Shown here: positions 29,902 to 40,027 of the stretch, piece after piece
How positions within the stretch are numbered: the stretch's first letter is position 1
How the letters are laid out: each line of letters opens with the position of its first letter
Assembly (NCBI GenBank): GCA_965232515.1
Contig: CBDDPY010000002.1
Span: 7,268,417-7,332,416, forward strand
Origin: Alphaproteobacteria bacterium
GTDB lineage: Bacteria; Pseudomonadota; Alphaproteobacteria; GCA-2731375
Direction: 5' to 3'
Length of the DNA stretch: 64,000 nucleotides
Translations under genes and position numbers: made by a program
The notes under the pieces: model-generated
Databases searched by the model: none
What the model saw: the letters and a program-made list of their open reading frames with translations, nothing else
What the model was told of the DNA's origin: nothing

Positions 29902-31632
29902 ATGATCGATCCCGTAACGCTTGCCGTCCTGAAGGGCCGGTTGGAGCAGATCGCCGACGAGATGGACGCGACGCTCTTCCGCAGCGCCTTCAATCCCATC
30001 ATCGCCGAGGCGCACGACGCCTCGCACGGAATCTACGATGCCGCCACCGGCGCCACCCTGGTGCAGGGCAAATCCGGGCTGCCGATTTTCGTCGGCGCCA
30101 TGTCGTTTGCGGTCAAGGCCGTCATCGACAAGGCGGCGCGCGACGGCGACATGGCCGACGGCGATGTCTACCTGTTCAACGATCCCTATGACGGCGGCAC
30201 GCACCTGTCGGACTTCAAGCTGGTACGGCCGTTCTATCGCGACGGCCAGCTCTACTGCTATCTGGCCTCGGTCGGGCATTGGCACGATGTCGGCGGCAAC
30301 GTGCCCGGAAACTACAATCCCGTCGCCACCGAGAGCTTCCAGGAAGGCATGCTGATCCCGCCGGTAAAGCTGTTCGTCAAGGGCGAGCTGCGCCAGGACA
30401 TCGTCGATATCGTCCAGGCCAACAGCCGCCTGCCGGGCAGCCTCTATGGCGACCTCAATGGCCAGATCAACGCGCTTGACCTCGGCGTCAAAAGGCTGGA
30501 CGCGCTGCTCGACGAATATGGCGATGAGAATGTCAGCGAGGCTCTGACCGAGCTGCAGCATCGCGCCGCCCAGCTCCTGCGCAGCTATATCGCCGAGCTG
30601 CCGGACGGGCGTTACGCCGCCGACGACTGGCTCGACAATGACGGCATTGTCGACCGGCCGCTCGCCATCGCGCTCGATCTGGTGATCGACGGCGAGGAAC
30701 TGACCTTCGACTTCTCGCGCTCGGCGCCGGCCTGCGACGGTCCGGTCAACATCTCCCGCGCGACCGCCGTCGCCTCCTGTTACGTGGCGTTGAAGCATAT
30801 CTTCCACGACGTGCCGGCCAATGCCGGCGTGCTGGAGCCGATCAGGTTCGTCATTCCCGACGGCACGATCCTGAGCGTCGGCGCGCCGAAGCCGGTCGGC
30901 GGCTATACCGAGACCATCCTGCGCGTCATCGACGTGGTGTTCAGCGCCTTCGCCCAGGTCGCGCCCGAGCGCAGCAACGCCAACGCCTACGGCACCATCA
31001 ACGCGCTGTCGCTGGCCGGTCACCGCCAGGACGGCCGGCGCTGGGTGATGTTCTCGTTCTTCGGCGGCGGCCATGGCGGCCACCCGGAAGGCGACGGCCT
31101 GAACCACGGCAATGCGCCGATCTCGACCGCGACCATCCCGCCGGTCGAGATCCTGGAAGCGGCCTATCCCGTGATCTTCACGCAATGGGCGCTCCGCACC
31201 GACAGCGGCGGGCCGGGCGAGCACCGGGGCGGGCTCGGCGGTCACTACGAGATCGAGCTCTTGGAACAGGACGCCGATGTCTTCCTGTTTGGCGAGCGCG
31301 GGCGTTTCCCGCCGCAGGGCGTGGTCGGCGGCGGCGCCGGCGCCATGAACCGTTTCGCCTACGAACAGGACGACGGCGACCATGAACCGCCGTTCGCCTC
31401 CAAGATGGTCGGCATCAAGCTGCGGCGCGGCCAGCGCCTGCTGCTGCAGACGCCGGGCGGCGGCGGTTACGGGCCGGCGCACGCCCGCGATCCGGTCGAG
31501 GTCGCCGCCGATGTGCGTGACGGTTATGTCAGCCGCGAAGCGGCGGCCCGCGACTATCGTGTCGTCCTGACCGACGAAGGCGGTGTCGACGCGTCCGGCA
31601 CCGATGCCCTGCGCCAGGCGGCGGCCGAATAA
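29902..31632 (+). CDS. Hydantoinase B/oxoprolinase family subunit (copy 2)
   Basis: IDPVTL, EAHDAS, NDPYDGGTHLSD, GHWHDVGG, TPGGGGYG. Confidence 0.93.
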   Translation: MIDPVTLAVLKGRLEQIADEMDATLFRSAFNPIIAEAHDASHGIYDAATGATLVQGKSGLPIFVGAMSFAVKAVIDKAARDGDMADGDVYLFNDPYDGGTHLSDFKLVRPFYRDGQLYCYLASVGHWHDVGGNVPGNYNPVATESFQEGMLIPPVKLFVKGELRQDIVDIVQANSRLPGSLYGDLNGQINALDLGVKRLDALLDEYGDENVSEALTELQHRAAQLLRSYIAELPDGRYAADDWLDNDGIVDRPLAIALDLVIDGEELTFDFSRSAPACDGPVNISRATAVASCYVALKHIFHDVPANAGVLEPIRFVIPDGTILSVGAPKPVGGYTETILRVIDVVFSAFAQVAPERSNANAYGTINALSLAGHRQDGRRWVMFSFFGGGHGGHPEGDGLNHGNAPISTATIPPVEILEAAYPVIFTQWALRTDSGGPGEHRGGLGGHYEIELLEQDADVFLFGERGRFPPQGVVGGGAGAMNRFAYEQDDGDHEPPFASKMVGIKLRRGQRLLLQTPGGGGYGPAHARDPVEVAADVRDGYVSREAAARDYRVVLTDEGGVDASGTDALRQAAAE

Positions 31633-33692
31633 TGCCGGACAAGCGTTATGTAATCGGCGTTGACGTCGGCGGCACCTTCACCGATGTCTTCTTCCTCGAC
31701 GAGGCGACCGGTGCCTACGATGTGGCCAAGGTGCCGTCGACGCCGGAAGACCAGGCCGTGGGCTTCATCGCCGGCATTCGCGCCGGCCTCGACGATCTTC
31801 GGCAGGCGGCGACGGTCGTGCACGGCACCACGGTGGCGACCAACGCGTTGCTGGAACGCAAGGGCGCGCGCGCCGGTGTGTTGATGACATCGGGTTTCCG
31901 CGACGTGCTGGAGATGCGCCGTCGCGACCGGCCGCGCACCTGGGGCTTGTGGGGCCAGTTCGAGCCCATCGTCGAACGGGCGCTCAGGGCCGAGGTCGAG
32001 GAGCGCACGCTCGCCGACGGCACGGTGCATACGCCCGTCGACATCGCGGCGGTCCAGGCCGAGGCCCGGAAGCTGAGCGACGTGGGGGCGGAGGCGATCG
32101 CCATCGTCTTTATCAACGCCTATGCCAACCGCGACAACGAACGCGCCGCGCTGGACGCCGTCAAGGAGGTCTGGCCGAACGCCCACGTCACCGCCTCGCA
32201 CGAGATCCTGCCGGAGATCCGCGAGTTCGAGCGCGCCTCGACCACGGCCTTGAACGCCTATGTGCAGCCGGTGATCAGCCGCTATCTCGGCAACCTCGAA
32301 GCGACGCTCAGGGACGGCGGCTTCGCCGGAGACATCCTGATCGTGCAGTCGAACGGCGGCGTCATGTCGGTCGACAGCGCCAAGCGGCTGCCGATCCGCA
32401 CCGCGCTGTCGGGCCCGGCCGCGGGCGTCATCGCCGGCGCGCATATCGCCACCGAGGCCGGCTATCCCAACGTCATCACCTGCGACATGGGCGGCACCAG
32501 CTTCGATGTCTCGCTGGTCGCCGGCGGCGCCAGCATGCTGAGCCCGCAGACCTCGATCGATTTCGGGCTGGTCGTGCGCACGCCGATGATCGAGATCACC
32601 ACCATCGGCGCCGGCGGCGGCTCGATCGCGCATGTCGACCGCGGCGGCCTGCTGCAGGTCGGGCCGGAATCGGCCGGCTCCAACCCCGGTCCGGTCTGCT
32701 ATGGCCAGGGCAACGACCGGCCGACCGTGACCGACGCCAACGTCGTGCTCGGCCGGATCAACGCCGAGCGGCCGATCGGCGGCAAGCTCGACCGTCTCGA
32801 CGTCGAGGCTGCCAAGGCATCGATCGCCACGCACATCGCCGCGCCGCTGGGACTCGAGGTCATGGACGCGGCCGAGGCCATCATCCGCGTCGCCAATTCG
32901 CGCATGGCCGGCGCCATTCGTCTGGTGTCGGTCGAGCGCGGCCACGACCCGCGCCAGTTCGTCGCCATGCCGTTTGGCGGCGGCGGTTCGCTCCATACCG
33001 GTGCGCTGATCAAGGAAGTCGGGCTGGCGAAGGCCCTGGTGCCGCGCTTCCCCGGCGTTACCAGCGCGCTCGGCTGCGTCATCGCCGACATGCGGCATGA
33101 CTTCGTGCATACGCTCAATACCGAACTGGATCAGCTCGATCCGACCGGACTCGAAACCGAAATGCGCGAGACGGCGGCGAGCGGGCTGGAGCTGCTGGCG
33201 GCGTCCGACGTCGCCTTCGCGGCCCGCGACTGCCTGTTCGAGCTCGACATGCTCTATGTCGGCCAGACCCATACCATTGCGGTTCCCGTGAAGCTGGATC
33301 TCGACAACGATCAGGCGCGTATCGGCCGCGACGATATCCGCGCTGCCTTCGAGGACAGTTATCGCCGGGCGTACGGCCGCCTGTTGGATGGCATCTCGAT
33401 CCGGGTCATGAACCTGCGCACGACGGTGATCGGCCGCCGGCCGAAGTTCGACCTGTCGATGCTGGCCGGCGCCGGTACCGACGACGCCCATCGCGGCACG
33501 CGCCGTGTCTGGTCTGATGGCGCCTGGCACGAGGCCGATGTCTATGCCCGGCTCGACCTGCCGATCGGCGCCGAGGTGTCGGGACCGGCGCTCCTGGAAC
33601 AGCCCGACACCACGATCTACATCGATCCGGACCTCGCCGGCAGCGTCGACCGCTTCGGCAACCTGGTCATCGCGCGCAAGGAGCCGACATGA
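31632..33692 (+). CDS. Hydantoinase/oxoprolinase family A subunit (copy 2)
   Basis: [42 protein letters not shown]. Confidence 0.93.
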   Translation: MPDKRYVIGVDVGGTFTDVFFLDEATGAYDVAKVPSTPEDQAVGFIAGIRAGLDDLRQAATVVHGTTVATNALLERKGARAGVLMTSGFRDVLEMRRRDRPRTWGLWGQFEPIVERALRAEVEERTLADGTVHTPVDIAAVQAEARKLSDVGAEAIAIVFINAYANRDNERAALDAVKEVWPNAHVTASHEILPEIREFERASTTALNAYVQPVISRYLGNLEATLRDGGFAGDILIVQSNGGVMSVDSAKRLPIRTALSGPAAGVIAGAHIATEAGYPNVITCDMGGTSFDVSLVAGGASMLSPQTSIDFGLVVRTPMIEITTIGAGGGSIAHVDRGGLLQVGPESAGSNPGPVCYGQGNDRPTVTDANVVLGRINAERPIGGKLDRLDVEAAKASIATHIAAPLGLEVMDAAEAIIRVANSRMAGAIRLVSVERGHDPRQFVAMPFGGGGSLHTGALIKEVGLAKALVPRFPGVTSALGCVIADMRHDFVHTLNTELDQLDPTGLETEMRETAASGLELLAASDVAFAARDCLFELDMLYVGQTHTIAVPVKLDLDNDQARIGRDDIRAAFEDSYRRAYGRLLDGISIRVMNLRTTVIGRRPKFDLSMLAGAGTDDAHRGTRRVWSDGAWHEADVYARLDLPIGAEVSGPALLEQPDTTIYIDPDLAGSVDRFGNLVIARKEPT

Positions 33693-34312
33693 CGTCCGCG
33701 AGCCTGACGCCCGCCACGACGGCCCTGGTGCTGGTCGATCTGCAGAACGATTTCATCCACCCCAAGGGCGCCTATGCGCGCGGCGGCGCCAAGTCCGAAG
33801 CGATCGCCGCGCTGCCGGCGCGGCTGGCGCCGGTGGCCGACGCGCTGCGTGCCGCCGGCGGCTGGATCGTCTCGACCCATTTCACCCTGGTGCCGGGACG
33901 CGGCGGCGAACCGCTGATTTCGGCGCACCTGAAGGAGCTGCGGCCGTTCCTCGGCGCCGGCGACTTCGCGCCGGGCAGCTTCGGCCATGCACTGCTCGAC
34001 GAGCTGCAGCCGGCCGACATCGCCATCGAGAAGGTGGCCTATTCCGCCTTCTACATGAGCCGGATGGATTTCGTGCTGCGCCGCGCCGGCATCGAGACGC
34101 TGATCTTCGCCGGCATCGTCACCAACGGCGGCGTCGCCTCGACGCTGCGTGACGCGCATGTCCGCGACTACGGCACGATGATCCTGAGCGACGGCTGCGC
34201 CGCGTTTTCCGCCGCGGCGCACGAGTCGACCGTCGCCTCGCTCGGCACGATCAGCCGGGTCCTGACCTGCGCCGAGGCCCTGGAGATGATCAGGTCGTCG
34301 TCACCCGCTTGA
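33689..34312 (+). CDS. Isochorismatase-family (cysteine hydrolase fold) protein
   Basis: ALVLVDLQNDF, EKVAYSAF, GIVTNGGVASTLRDA. Confidence 0.88.
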   Translation: MTSASLTPATTALVLVDLQNDFIHPKGAYARGGAKSEAIAALPARLAPVADALRAAGGWIVSTHFTLVPGRGGEPLISAHLKELRPFLGAGDFAPGSFGHALLDELQPADIAIEKVAYSAFYMSRMDFVLRRAGIETLIFAGIVTNGGVASTLRDAHVRDYGTMILSDGCAAFSAAAHESTVASLGTISRVLTCAEALEMIRSSSPA

Positions 34313-35135
34313 GGAAAGGTTCGACCACCGCCATGAAGCGGCCGGCGTCTTCCAGCAGGAAGTGACCGCCGGCATTCTCGATCACCGTCAGTTCCGATCC
34401 GGCGATGCGTTTGTGCACCTCACGCGCCATGGCGACGCTGGGCCCGGCGCTCCAGCGGTCGAGTTCCGTCGCGGCGATCAGCGTCGGCGCCGTGATCCGG
34501 GCATAGTCGGCGTCATCGAACCAATTCGTTCGTAAGGCCCGCACCCATCTTTCGAACCGCTCGACGTCGACCTTGACGAAGCGGTCCTTCTCGAGGCGGG
34601 CCGCGACCAGCCGTTCGACCGTGTCGAAGTTGTTCTCGATGAAATCCGAGGTCAGCCCGGCCATCACCCAGTAATAGGCGTAGAGCTTGCGGTTCGGGTT
34701 CTCGAACAGCGCCCGCTTGAACTGCACGGCCGTGTCCACGTGGCGCATGTCGGCGAGTTCGTAGAACGGGTCGAGCAGCAGGCACGAGGCGACCCGGTCG
34801 GCGTGGTCCATGGCGCAGGCGAGCGCGATCAGCGTCCCGCCGTTCCAGCCGAAGACGTGGAAGCGCTCAAAGCCGAGGCCGCCTGCGACATTGGCCGTGT
34901 GCCGCGCCAGCTGCCGGAACGAGCGGCCGGGATCTTTCAGGTCCCGTGCTGCCGGCAGCTGCGCCAGATCGAAATTCGCCACGGTGAAATAGTTGGCTAA
35001 GTCGTCCCAGATCGTGTCCCAGATGCCCATATCGGCCGAGGCCATGCGGGTCAGCAGGATCAGCGGCCTGCCGGGTTGCCGCGTGATGTTGACCTGAACA
35101 CCGTCGACGTCGACGACGTCCCGGGCGGCGGGCAT
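34290..35135 (-). CDS. Alpha/beta-hydrolase fold protein with atypical nucleophile elbow
   Basis: FHVFGWNGG, RITAPTLI, IENAGGHF. Confidence 0.8.
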   Translation of the reverse strand: MPAARDVVDVDGVQVNITRQPGRPLILLTRMASADMGIWDTIWDDLANYFTVANFDLAQLPAARDLKDPGRSFRQLARHTANVAGGLGFERFHVFGWNGGTLIALACAMDHADRVASCLLLDPFYELADMRHVDTAVQFKRALFENPNRKLYAYYWVMAGLTSDFIENNFDTVERLVAARLEKDRFVKVDVERFERWVRALRTNWFDDADYARITAPTLIAATELDRWSAGPSVAMAREVHKRIAGSELTVIENAGGHFLLEDAGRFMAVVEPFLKRVTTT

Positions 35136-35845
35136 CAGACGTCCGACGCGGCGCGGCGCACGCCCTCGGCGGCGAGATAGGCATCTTTCGAGGGATTGAT
35201 GTGCACGACGCAGAGCCGCACCAGCTCGTCCCGGTCGCCGGCGGCGAGCGCGTCGATCATTTCCTTGTGCTCGACCCGGGCCTGGGCCAAGAGCGTCGGG
35301 TCGCCGATGCGGTAGGACCGGATGGCGTGCGCGATCCAGGCATAGTGGGCGATGGAGTCCGCGAGGTAGGGATTGCCGCAGGCGCCAAACAGCGTGTCGT
35401 GGAAGGCGTTGTTCAGGCGGTAGACCGCGCGCAGGTCGCCGGCGTCGACGGCCTTGCAGTGCTCATCGTGGATGTCGGCCAGCGTCGCCACCAGGGTTTT
35501 GTCGGCGGGCAGGGGGATGCGCTTCGCCGCATGCTCCTGCAGCAGCGCCCTGATCTCGAAGATATTCTCGACCTCGTCCGGCCGGTAGTCGCGCACGGCG
35601 CAGCCCTTGTTGCGCTCCTTGACGACGATGCCCATGCGGGCGAGCCGGTCGAGCGCCTGGCGCACGACATGCCGCTTCACGCCGTGACGTTCCATCAGCA
35701 CATCCTCGACCAGCCGCTCGCGCGGCCGAAGCCGTCCGAAGATGATGTCCTCCTCGATGGCGGCGATCAGTTCGCCGGTGGCGTTGCCGGCCACCGTCGG
35801 GCCGGGATCGAGGAATGTCGCGCCGATGGTCGTGCTGTCGTTCAT
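35135..35845 (-). CDS. GntR (FadR/FCD) transcriptional regulator
   Basis: LRPRERLVE HTH, NNAFH..LFGACGN, EH..MIDAL. Confidence 0.9.
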   Translation of the reverse strand: MNDSTTIGATFLDPGPTVAGNATGELIAAIEEDIIFGRLRPRERLVEDVLMERHGVKRHVVRQALDRLARMGIVVKERNKGCAVRDYRPDEVENIFEIRALLQEHAAKRIPLPADKTLVATLADIHDEHCKAVDAGDLRAVYRLNNAFHDTLFGACGNPYLADSIAHYAWIAHAIRSYRIGDPTLLAQARVEHKEMIDALAAGDRDELVRLCVVHINPSKDAYLAAEGVRRAASDV

Positions 35846-35856
35846 GAGGCCTACTT

Positions 35857-36702
35857 TTACACCGGACGCTCGCCCAGCACCGAGGTCCGATGCATGACGC
35901 GAGTCGCGCCGGCATAATCGTCGATGGCGTAGTGGTGGGTACAGCGGTTGTCCCAGATCGTCACCGTGTCCGGGGTCCATCGGAAACGGCAGGTGAATTC
36001 GGACCGCGCCGCATGCGCGCAGAGAAATTCGTGCAGACCGGCGCTTTCCGCTTCCGTCCAGCCGGTAAAGCGCAGAAAGGTCGGACGGTTGACGAAGAGG
36101 CACTTACGACCGGTCTCGACATGGGTGCGGACGACGGGGTGCGTCACCTCGCGGTCCATGTCCTCGATCGGCGGCTGAACTTCGCGCCGATGCCTGCCGG
36201 CGGCGCGCGAGCCGGCGATGCGCGTCGCGCTATGCACGGCCGTCAGCGTCGCAAGCGTCGCCTTGATGCCGTCAGACAGCGCCTCATAGGCGGCGCACAG
36301 ATTGCTCCACTGGGTGTCGCCGCCATGGTCCGGCACGGTCTTGCCGTAAAGGATGCATTGCGCCGGCGGCCGGTCCAGGAACGGCATATCGGTGTGCCAG
36401 TCGCCGCCCACGTTGCGCGGATTGCCGGAGGTCCCCTTGTCCACGACCTCCAGGATGTCGGGATGGCCCTTCAGCCGGCGCGACGCGTGTGGCACCTCGC
36501 AGAACGGGCCGAACCGCTGGGTCAGCGAGATCTGCTCGTCTGGCGACAGCGGCTGGTCGCGCACGAAGACGACCAGATGATCGCGCAGCGCCTGTCGAAA
36601 CTCGTCGAAGGCGGAATCGTCGGCTGACCGCAAATCGATCCCGGCGATCTCCGCCCCCAACGCCCCGGCGATGGGGTGAACCTCGATGTGGCGATAGGCC
36701 AT
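35857..36702 (-). CDS. TauD/TfdA family Fe(II)/2-oxoglutarate dioxygenase
   Basis: GALGAEIAGIDL, WHTD, GGDTQW, HPVVRTH, WDNRCTHH. Confidence 0.92.
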   Translation of the reverse strand: MAYRHIEVHPIAGALGAEIAGIDLRSADDSAFDEFRQALRDHLVVFVRDQPLSPDEQISLTQRFGPFCEVPHASRRLKGHPDILEVVDKGTSGNPRNVGGDWHTDMPFLDRPPAQCILYGKTVPDHGGDTQWSNLCAAYEALSDGIKATLATLTAVHSATRIAGSRAAGRHRREVQPPIEDMDREVTHPVVRTHVETGRKCLFVNRPTFLRFTGWTEAESAGLHEFLCAHAARSEFTCRFRWTPDTVTIWDNRCTHHYAIDDYAGATRVMHRTSVLGERPV

Positions 36703-36744
36703 CCGGCGCCCTCCAGATAGGCGATATTATTATTGACTAGATTA

Positions 36745-36757
36745 TTGATAATATCAA
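36745..36757. promoter_or_regulatory. Palindromic operator candidate in the tauD/ABC divergent promoter
   Basis: TTGATA-A-TATCAA inverted repeat in an AT-rich intergenic region. Confidence 0.5.
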
Positions 36758-36822
36758 ATCAACATGCTAGGAACAATGACGCATCGAACCAACGAGATGC
36801 CGGGACAGGGAGGAATGCCAAG

Positions 36823-38112
36823 ATGATCCCCAAGACGATGCAGCGCGCGGCGGCCGGCCTTGCCGCCGTGGCGATGATGGGCTGGGCCGGGGCCGCGCAG
36901 GCCGAGCGGGAGATCACGCTCTGGAGCCACTGGGCCGATCACGAGACCAAGGTCGCGTTCGTCGAGACGGCGGCGCGGAAGCTCGAAGCCAAGCACCCGG
37001 ACGTCAAGGTCAAGATCACCTGGTACCAGAAGAACCCGCTCTACGCGGCGCTGCAGTCGGCGCTCAGGGCCGGGAAGGGACCGGATGTCTTCTATCTCGA
37101 TCCGGACCGCACCGAATATATCGACAACGGTTTCCTGCTGCCGCTCGACGACCTGATCAACTGGAACAACGTGCACGCCTGGGCGCGCGGCGCCTGGCAG
37201 CATGGCGGCAAGACCTGGGGCTTCCCGCTCGAGGCGTCGACCGTCGAGTGGTACTACAACAAGGATCTGATGCAGCAGCTCGGGGTCACGTTGCCCGGGC
37301 CCGACAAGCAGCTCTCGCAAGGTGACTTCCTGGCGCTGGTCAAGAAAGCCCAGGTCGCCGGTATCACGCCCATCGTCCAGGGCGTCGGCGACCGGCCTTA
37401 TCCCGGCGCCTATGTCATCAATGAGCTGTTGCTGAAAAAGCTCGGCGTCGACGACTACGGCAAGCTGCTGCACGGCAAGCTGTCGTTCAAGGACCCGCGC
37501 GTCATGGAGGTCTTCAACTATGTCGGCGCGCTGGTCGAGGCCGGCGCCTACCCGAAGAGCTTCGCCACGCTGAAGCTGGGCGAGTCGCACTACTACTTCC
37601 ACACCAAGCCCGGCGGGCTGATCTTCCCGCTCGGCAGCTGGTACACCAGCCGCGCCTTCAACCCGCCGGACAAGGGCGGCCAGCCGGTCGACTTCCCGCT
37701 CGGCCTGATGAACGGGCCGGCCATGGATGGCGGCGCCTGCAACAACTGCAAGACCAACAACGTCGCCGGCAGCATGGTCGTCAACGCCGGGTCCAAGCAT
37801 CCCGAGCTGGCGGGCGAGCTGCTGAACATCATGGCGACGCCCGAGATGGGCAACATGTGGCTCAGCACGGTGCTGGTGCAGACCGGGATTAAAAGCGACG
37901 CCAGCAAGATCACCGGCAAGTACAGGCCCTATTTCGAGGAACTGGCGGCCGTCAACGCCAACGCCGACTACTTCTTCGGCACGCCGTTGCAGTTCTTCAA
38001 GGGCAAATGCCGGCAGACCTTCGAGCAGGTCATGAACGCCGGCTTCCCCGGCGGTCTGATCGACGCCGACAAGGCGACCGACATGATGAACAAGGGCTGC
38101 TACACCGGCTGA
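36823..38112 (+). CDS. Carbohydrate-type ABC transporter substrate-binding protein
   Basis: Signal peptide, ITLWSHW, GPDVF, LLPLDD, YYNKDL; RBS GGGAGGA. Confidence 0.85.
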   Translation: MIPKTMQRAAAGLAAVAMMGWAGAAQAEREITLWSHWADHETKVAFVETAARKLEAKHPDVKVKITWYQKNPLYAALQSALRAGKGPDVFYLDPDRTEYIDNGFLLPLDDLINWNNVHAWARGAWQHGGKTWGFPLEASTVEWYYNKDLMQQLGVTLPGPDKQLSQGDFLALVKKAQVAGITPIVQGVGDRPYPGAYVINELLLKKLGVDDYGKLLHGKLSFKDPRVMEVFNYVGALVEAGAYPKSFATLKLGESHYYFHTKPGGLIFPLGSWYTSRAFNPPDKGGQPVDFPLGLMNGPAMDGGACNNCKTNNVAGSMVVNAGSKHPELAGELLNIMATPEMGNMWLSTVLVQTGIKSDASKITGKYRPYFEELAAVNANADYFFGTPLQFFKGKCRQTFEQVMNAGFPGGLIDADKATDMMNKGCYTG

Positions 38113-38204
38113 GGTAACAGGTCCTTGTCGTTGATCGTGGTGGCGCGGGGCGAGCCAATCCGTCCCGCGCGCCGCGTCGCCGCTGACCGTTCGCGGGATC
38201 GTTC

Positions 38205-39167
38205 ATGACGACCGTTTCGTCCGCCGAACCGCGCCGCCCGATTGCCGCCCGCATCGTCGACGGCCTGCGTGGCGACGACGCGCTGCAGACCGCCTACGGC
38301 GCAGTCATGCTGTTCCTGGCGCCGGCGTTGCTGATGTATGCGGCCTTCACGGCCTATCCGGTGCTGCGGACCTTCTACAACAGCCTGCACGTCATCCGGC
38401 CCGGCGGCCGGGTCGAGTTCGTCGGTTTCGATAATTTCATCGAGCTGCTGACCCAGGACGACATCTTCCTGCAGGCGGTCACCAACACGCTGATCTGGGC
38501 CGGCGTCGCGCCGGTGATCGATGTCGGCACCGGCCTGTTGCTGGCCGTCTGCCTCTACGCCAAGGTGCCGTTCGCCCGGTTCTTCCGCGTTGCCTGGTTC
38601 ACGCCGGTGCTGATCTCCTACGTCGTCGTCGCCATCCTCTGGATGTGGATCTACAACTACGATTGGGGCATCGCCAACAGTCTGCTGCGCGCGGTCGGCC
38701 TGGAGGAATGGCAGCAGAGCTGGATCGGCCATCCCGACACGGCTTTGGGATCGCTCATTTTCGCGCATGCCTGGAAGTGGGCCGGCTTCAACATGGTGGT
38801 CTGCCTCGCCGCCATCCACGCCCTGCCGCGCGAGGTGTTGGAGGCGGCCGAGCTCGACAATTGCGGTTGGACCAAGAAGCTGGTCTTCATCATCATCCCG
38901 ATGATCCGGCCGACCCTGATCAACCTGCTGATCCTGGCCTTCATCGGCAAGATGCGGGTCTTCGACCTCGTTTGGATCATGACCGGCGGCGGTCCGCTCT
39001 GGTCGACCGAGACCGTTTCGACCTACGTCTACAAACGCGCTTTCGAATGGAACACGTTCGACCTCGGTTATCCCTCGACCGTGGCCGCGGTCTGGTTCGT
39101 CGTCGTGCTGGCTTGCGTACTGACGCTCACCTGGCTGTTCCGCCGGCGCGGAAAGCTGGAATACTGA
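38205..39167 (+). CDS. Carbohydrate ABC transporter permease
   Basis: FVGFDNF, EAAELD (EAA loop), FDLVWIMTGGGP. Confidence 0.9.
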   Translation: MTTVSSAEPRRPIAARIVDGLRGDDALQTAYGAVMLFLAPALLMYAAFTAYPVLRTFYNSLHVIRPGGRVEFVGFDNFIELLTQDDIFLQAVTNTLIWAGVAPVIDVGTGLLLAVCLYAKVPFARFFRVAWFTPVLISYVVVAILWMWIYNYDWGIANSLLRAVGLEEWQQSWIGHPDTALGSLIFAHAWKWAGFNMVVCLAAIHALPREVLEAAELDNCGWTKKLVFIIIPMIRPTLINLLILAFIGKMRVFDLVWIMTGGGPLWSTETVSTYVYKRAFEWNTFDLGYPSTVAAVWFVVVLACVLTLTWLFRRRGKLEY

Positions 39168-39177
39168 GGCGCGCGCG

Positions 39178-40014
39178 ATGCCGATCAATCTCAGCCCCCG
39201 CGCCATCAAGCAGATCCTGCTGCTGAGTATTCTCAGCCTCTATACCTGCTTCTCCGCCGGCCCGTTTTTCTGGATCGGCAGTATGTCGTTCCGCACGACG
39301 ACCGAGATCAGCGCGAACCCCTATGCGCTGCCCGAAACGTGGCACTGGGACAAGTACCTGCAGGCCTGGACCAGCTCGAACTACGGCACCTATTTCTGGA
39401 ATTCGACCGTCGTCGTCGTGTCGGCCGTGATCGCGTTGACCGTGATCGGTTCGATGGCCGCGCACTGTCTCGCGCGCTACCGTTTCCCCGGCAATCGGCT
39501 GGTGCTGTTCATCATCTTCTCGACGCTGATCTTCCCGCCGCAGATCACCATCATCTCGCTGTTCCAGACGCTGGTCGAATACGGCATCTACGATTCCCTG
39601 CTGGGCCTGACGCTGGTCTATATCGCGATCCAGCTGCCGCTCACCGTCTATATCCTGGAAGGCTTTTTCGCCCGCATCCCGCAGGACCTCTACGACGCCG
39701 CCAAGGTCGACGGCTATTCGCATTTCGAGATCTTCTGGAAGATCACCATGCCGGTCGGCATGCCGGCGATCGCCACCACGGTGATCTTGAATTTCATCAA
39801 TCTATGGAACGAGTTCCTCTATGCCGTTGTCCTGATTACGGATGAGAGCAACCGCACGCTACCGCTCGGCATCCAGAAATTCATGGGCGACCAGCTCGAG
39901 GACATCGGCATGATCTCGACCGGCCTGATGATCGCCATCGTGCCGGTGATCGTGATCTACGTGTTCTTCTCCGAAAAGCTGATCCAGGGCATGACCGCGG
40001 GGGCCGTGAAATGA
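39178..40014 (+). CDS. Carbohydrate ABC transporter permease
   Basis: DAAKVDG, WNEFL, TLPLG, GMTAGAVK. Confidence 0.9.
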   Translation: MPINLSPRAIKQILLLSILSLYTCFSAGPFFWIGSMSFRTTTEISANPYALPETWHWDKYLQAWTSSNYGTYFWNSTVVVVSAVIALTVIGSMAAHCLARYRFPGNRLVLFIIFSTLIFPPQITIISLFQTLVEYGIYDSLLGLTLVYIAIQLPLTVYILEGFFARIPQDLYDAAKVDGYSHFEIFWKITMPVGMPAIATTVILNFINLWNEFLYAVVLITDESNRTLPLGIQKFMGDQLEDIGMISTGLMIAIVPVIVIYVFFSEKLIQGMTAGAVK

Positions 40015-40027
40015 TCGGGAGGCGGGC

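Noticed and set aside
27811-31482. 1223-aa minus-strand ORF
   Set aside because: Antisense shadow of dctQ/dctM/hydantoinase B; no motifs; long stop-free antisense frames are expected with high-GC3 codon usage
36745-36757. FNR/FixK box
   Set aside because: Spacing is TTGAT-N3-ATCAA rather than N4; more likely an operator for the adjacent GntR
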